A stretch of DNA of 24,000 bases from contig JADFYL010000017.1 in NCBI GenBank assembly GCA_015233045.1, positions 1 through 24,000 on the forward strand. The letters are read 5' to 3'. The notes below the pieces were generated by a model. The model saw nothing but the letters and a program-made list of their open reading frames with translations. It was not told the DNA's origin and searched no databases. A program made the translations under genes and the position numbers. This document shows positions 23,210 to 24,000 of the stretch, in pieces; position 1 is the first letter of the stretch, and every line of letters starts with the position of its first letter. This stretch comes from Nitrospirota bacterium (GTDB lineage Bacteria > Nitrospirota > Thermodesulfovibrionia > Thermodesulfovibrionales > Magnetobacteriaceae).

Positions 23210-24000
23210 ATGAGAATAGATATGCACTGTCATGTCGTTGGCAGCGGCAAGGCGATGGACGATAACGATGTATTTTTTAATCCAGACAACAGCCCCAATT
23301 GGTTTACGCGAATCTTATACGCGATGATAGAGCACGATTTGGCAAACTCCGGTGCCAAAGTAAGCGGCGGTGAGGAGATAAAAGCCGACGACTATTTTGA
23401 CTTTATGACCAAAACCCTTGCGGAATCTAAGGAGATTGACAGTATCGTCCTCCTTGCTATGGACGCCCCCTATGACCCCGTAACTCATAAACGCATGGAC
23501 GAGATAACCACACTCTATGTCTCAAATCGTTATTTGTACAATAAGGTGAAGGAACTCAACGCGGGGCTGGCAAAGCAAGGGGTGGTAAATAAGCGCTTTT
23601 ATTTCGGCGCATCGGTAAATCCGAACAGGGCGGACTGGAAAGAGGAGCTTGACTACGTTATAAACAAAACTGACGCGGTGCTTATGAAGTGGATACCGTC
23701 AGTTCAACTCATCCACATAGAGGGCAGTCACGAGGAGTACTATAAAACACTGGAGGGAAGCGGGCTGCCGCTGCTGTGTCATATCGGCCCGGAGTATTCT
23801 TTTCCTGAGGGGGTGCGGGATATTGAAAGGAGCAGGCTGGACCCGGACAAGGACCTTGACCGGTTTGGGTTACTAATCAAGCCGGTTTCCTGTGGGGTTA
23901 AGGTGATTGCGGCGCACTGCGCCTCCCCTGTATTTCCGCTCATTGATAAGGATGAAACGCTAAGGTTTTATGATTTTATGAGGGCGATAAACACCGGCGG
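23210..24000 (+). CDS. Amidohydrolase-superfamily (metal-dependent TIM-barrel hydrolase-like) protein, 5' partial; continues past the right edge
   Basis: Not in the ORF track because no stop is reached. I translated it by hand from the ATG at 23210 (GGGGGA 3 nt upstream): MRIDMHCHVVGSGKAMDDNDVFFNPDNSPNWFTRILYAMIEHDL...LPLLCHIGPEYSF...VKVIAAHCASP... The frame is open for all 263 codons to nt 24000. The N-terminal IDMHCH motif and the later internal His residues fit the amidohydrolase metal-ligand pattern. Confidence 0.55.
   Translation, partial: MRIDMHCHVVGSGKAMDDNDVFFNPDNSPNWFTRILYAMIEHDLANSGAKVSGGEEIKADDYFDFMTKTLAESKEIDSIVLLAMDAPYDPVTHKRMDEITTLYVSNRYLYNKVKELNAGLAKQGVVNKRFYFGASVNPNRADWKEELDYVINKTDAVLMKWIPSVQLIHIEGSHEEYYKTLEGSGLPLLCHIGPEYSFPEGVRDIERSRLDPDKDLDRFGLLIKPVSCGVKVIAAHCASPVFPLIDKDETLRFYDFMRAINTG

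Overview
Bacterial chromosomal window, tightly packed, with many 1-4 nt start/stop overlaps between adjacent genes. The gene content suggests an anaerobe, but the phylum cannot be assigned from sequence alone. Content from left to right:
- the 3' end of a Mo/W-bisPGD oxidoreductase
- a small membrane protein
- a DsbC/G-like thioredoxin-fold protein with a CPFS (CXXS) active site
- the ileS-lspA operon (-)
- a nucleotide-sugar cluster, gmd / radical SAM-SPASM / GT-B glycosyltransferase (-)
- a translationally coupled HMGL-family condensing enzyme plus an isocitrate-type dehydrogenase (candidate Re-citrate synthase/IDH pair)
- the mercury-methylation pair hgcA-hgcB (-)
- a tandem-USP protein
- an LplA/LipM-type lipoyl/octanoyl transferase
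- a polytopic membrane protein coupled to a UvrD/PcrA-type helicase (-)
- a stand-alone MEDS-domain protein
- a phoB-phoR-pstB-phoU operon (-) without pstSCA
- a His/Asp-motif hypothetical protein and the 5' part of an amidohydrolase-like gene that runs off the right edge.

hgcAB is the stand-out accessory system. It is known biology since 2013, but rare. The pho operon is preceded by an 11-bp-phased Pho-box-like repeat array and by a 55-aa, 8-Cys small ORF with a strong Shine-Dalgarno that falls below the ORF-track cutoff.

I saw no rRNA, tRNA, CRISPR array, transposase or integrase. All functional calls come from reading motifs in the translations by eye. No database search was run, so family assignments are recognition-based and start codons are approximate.
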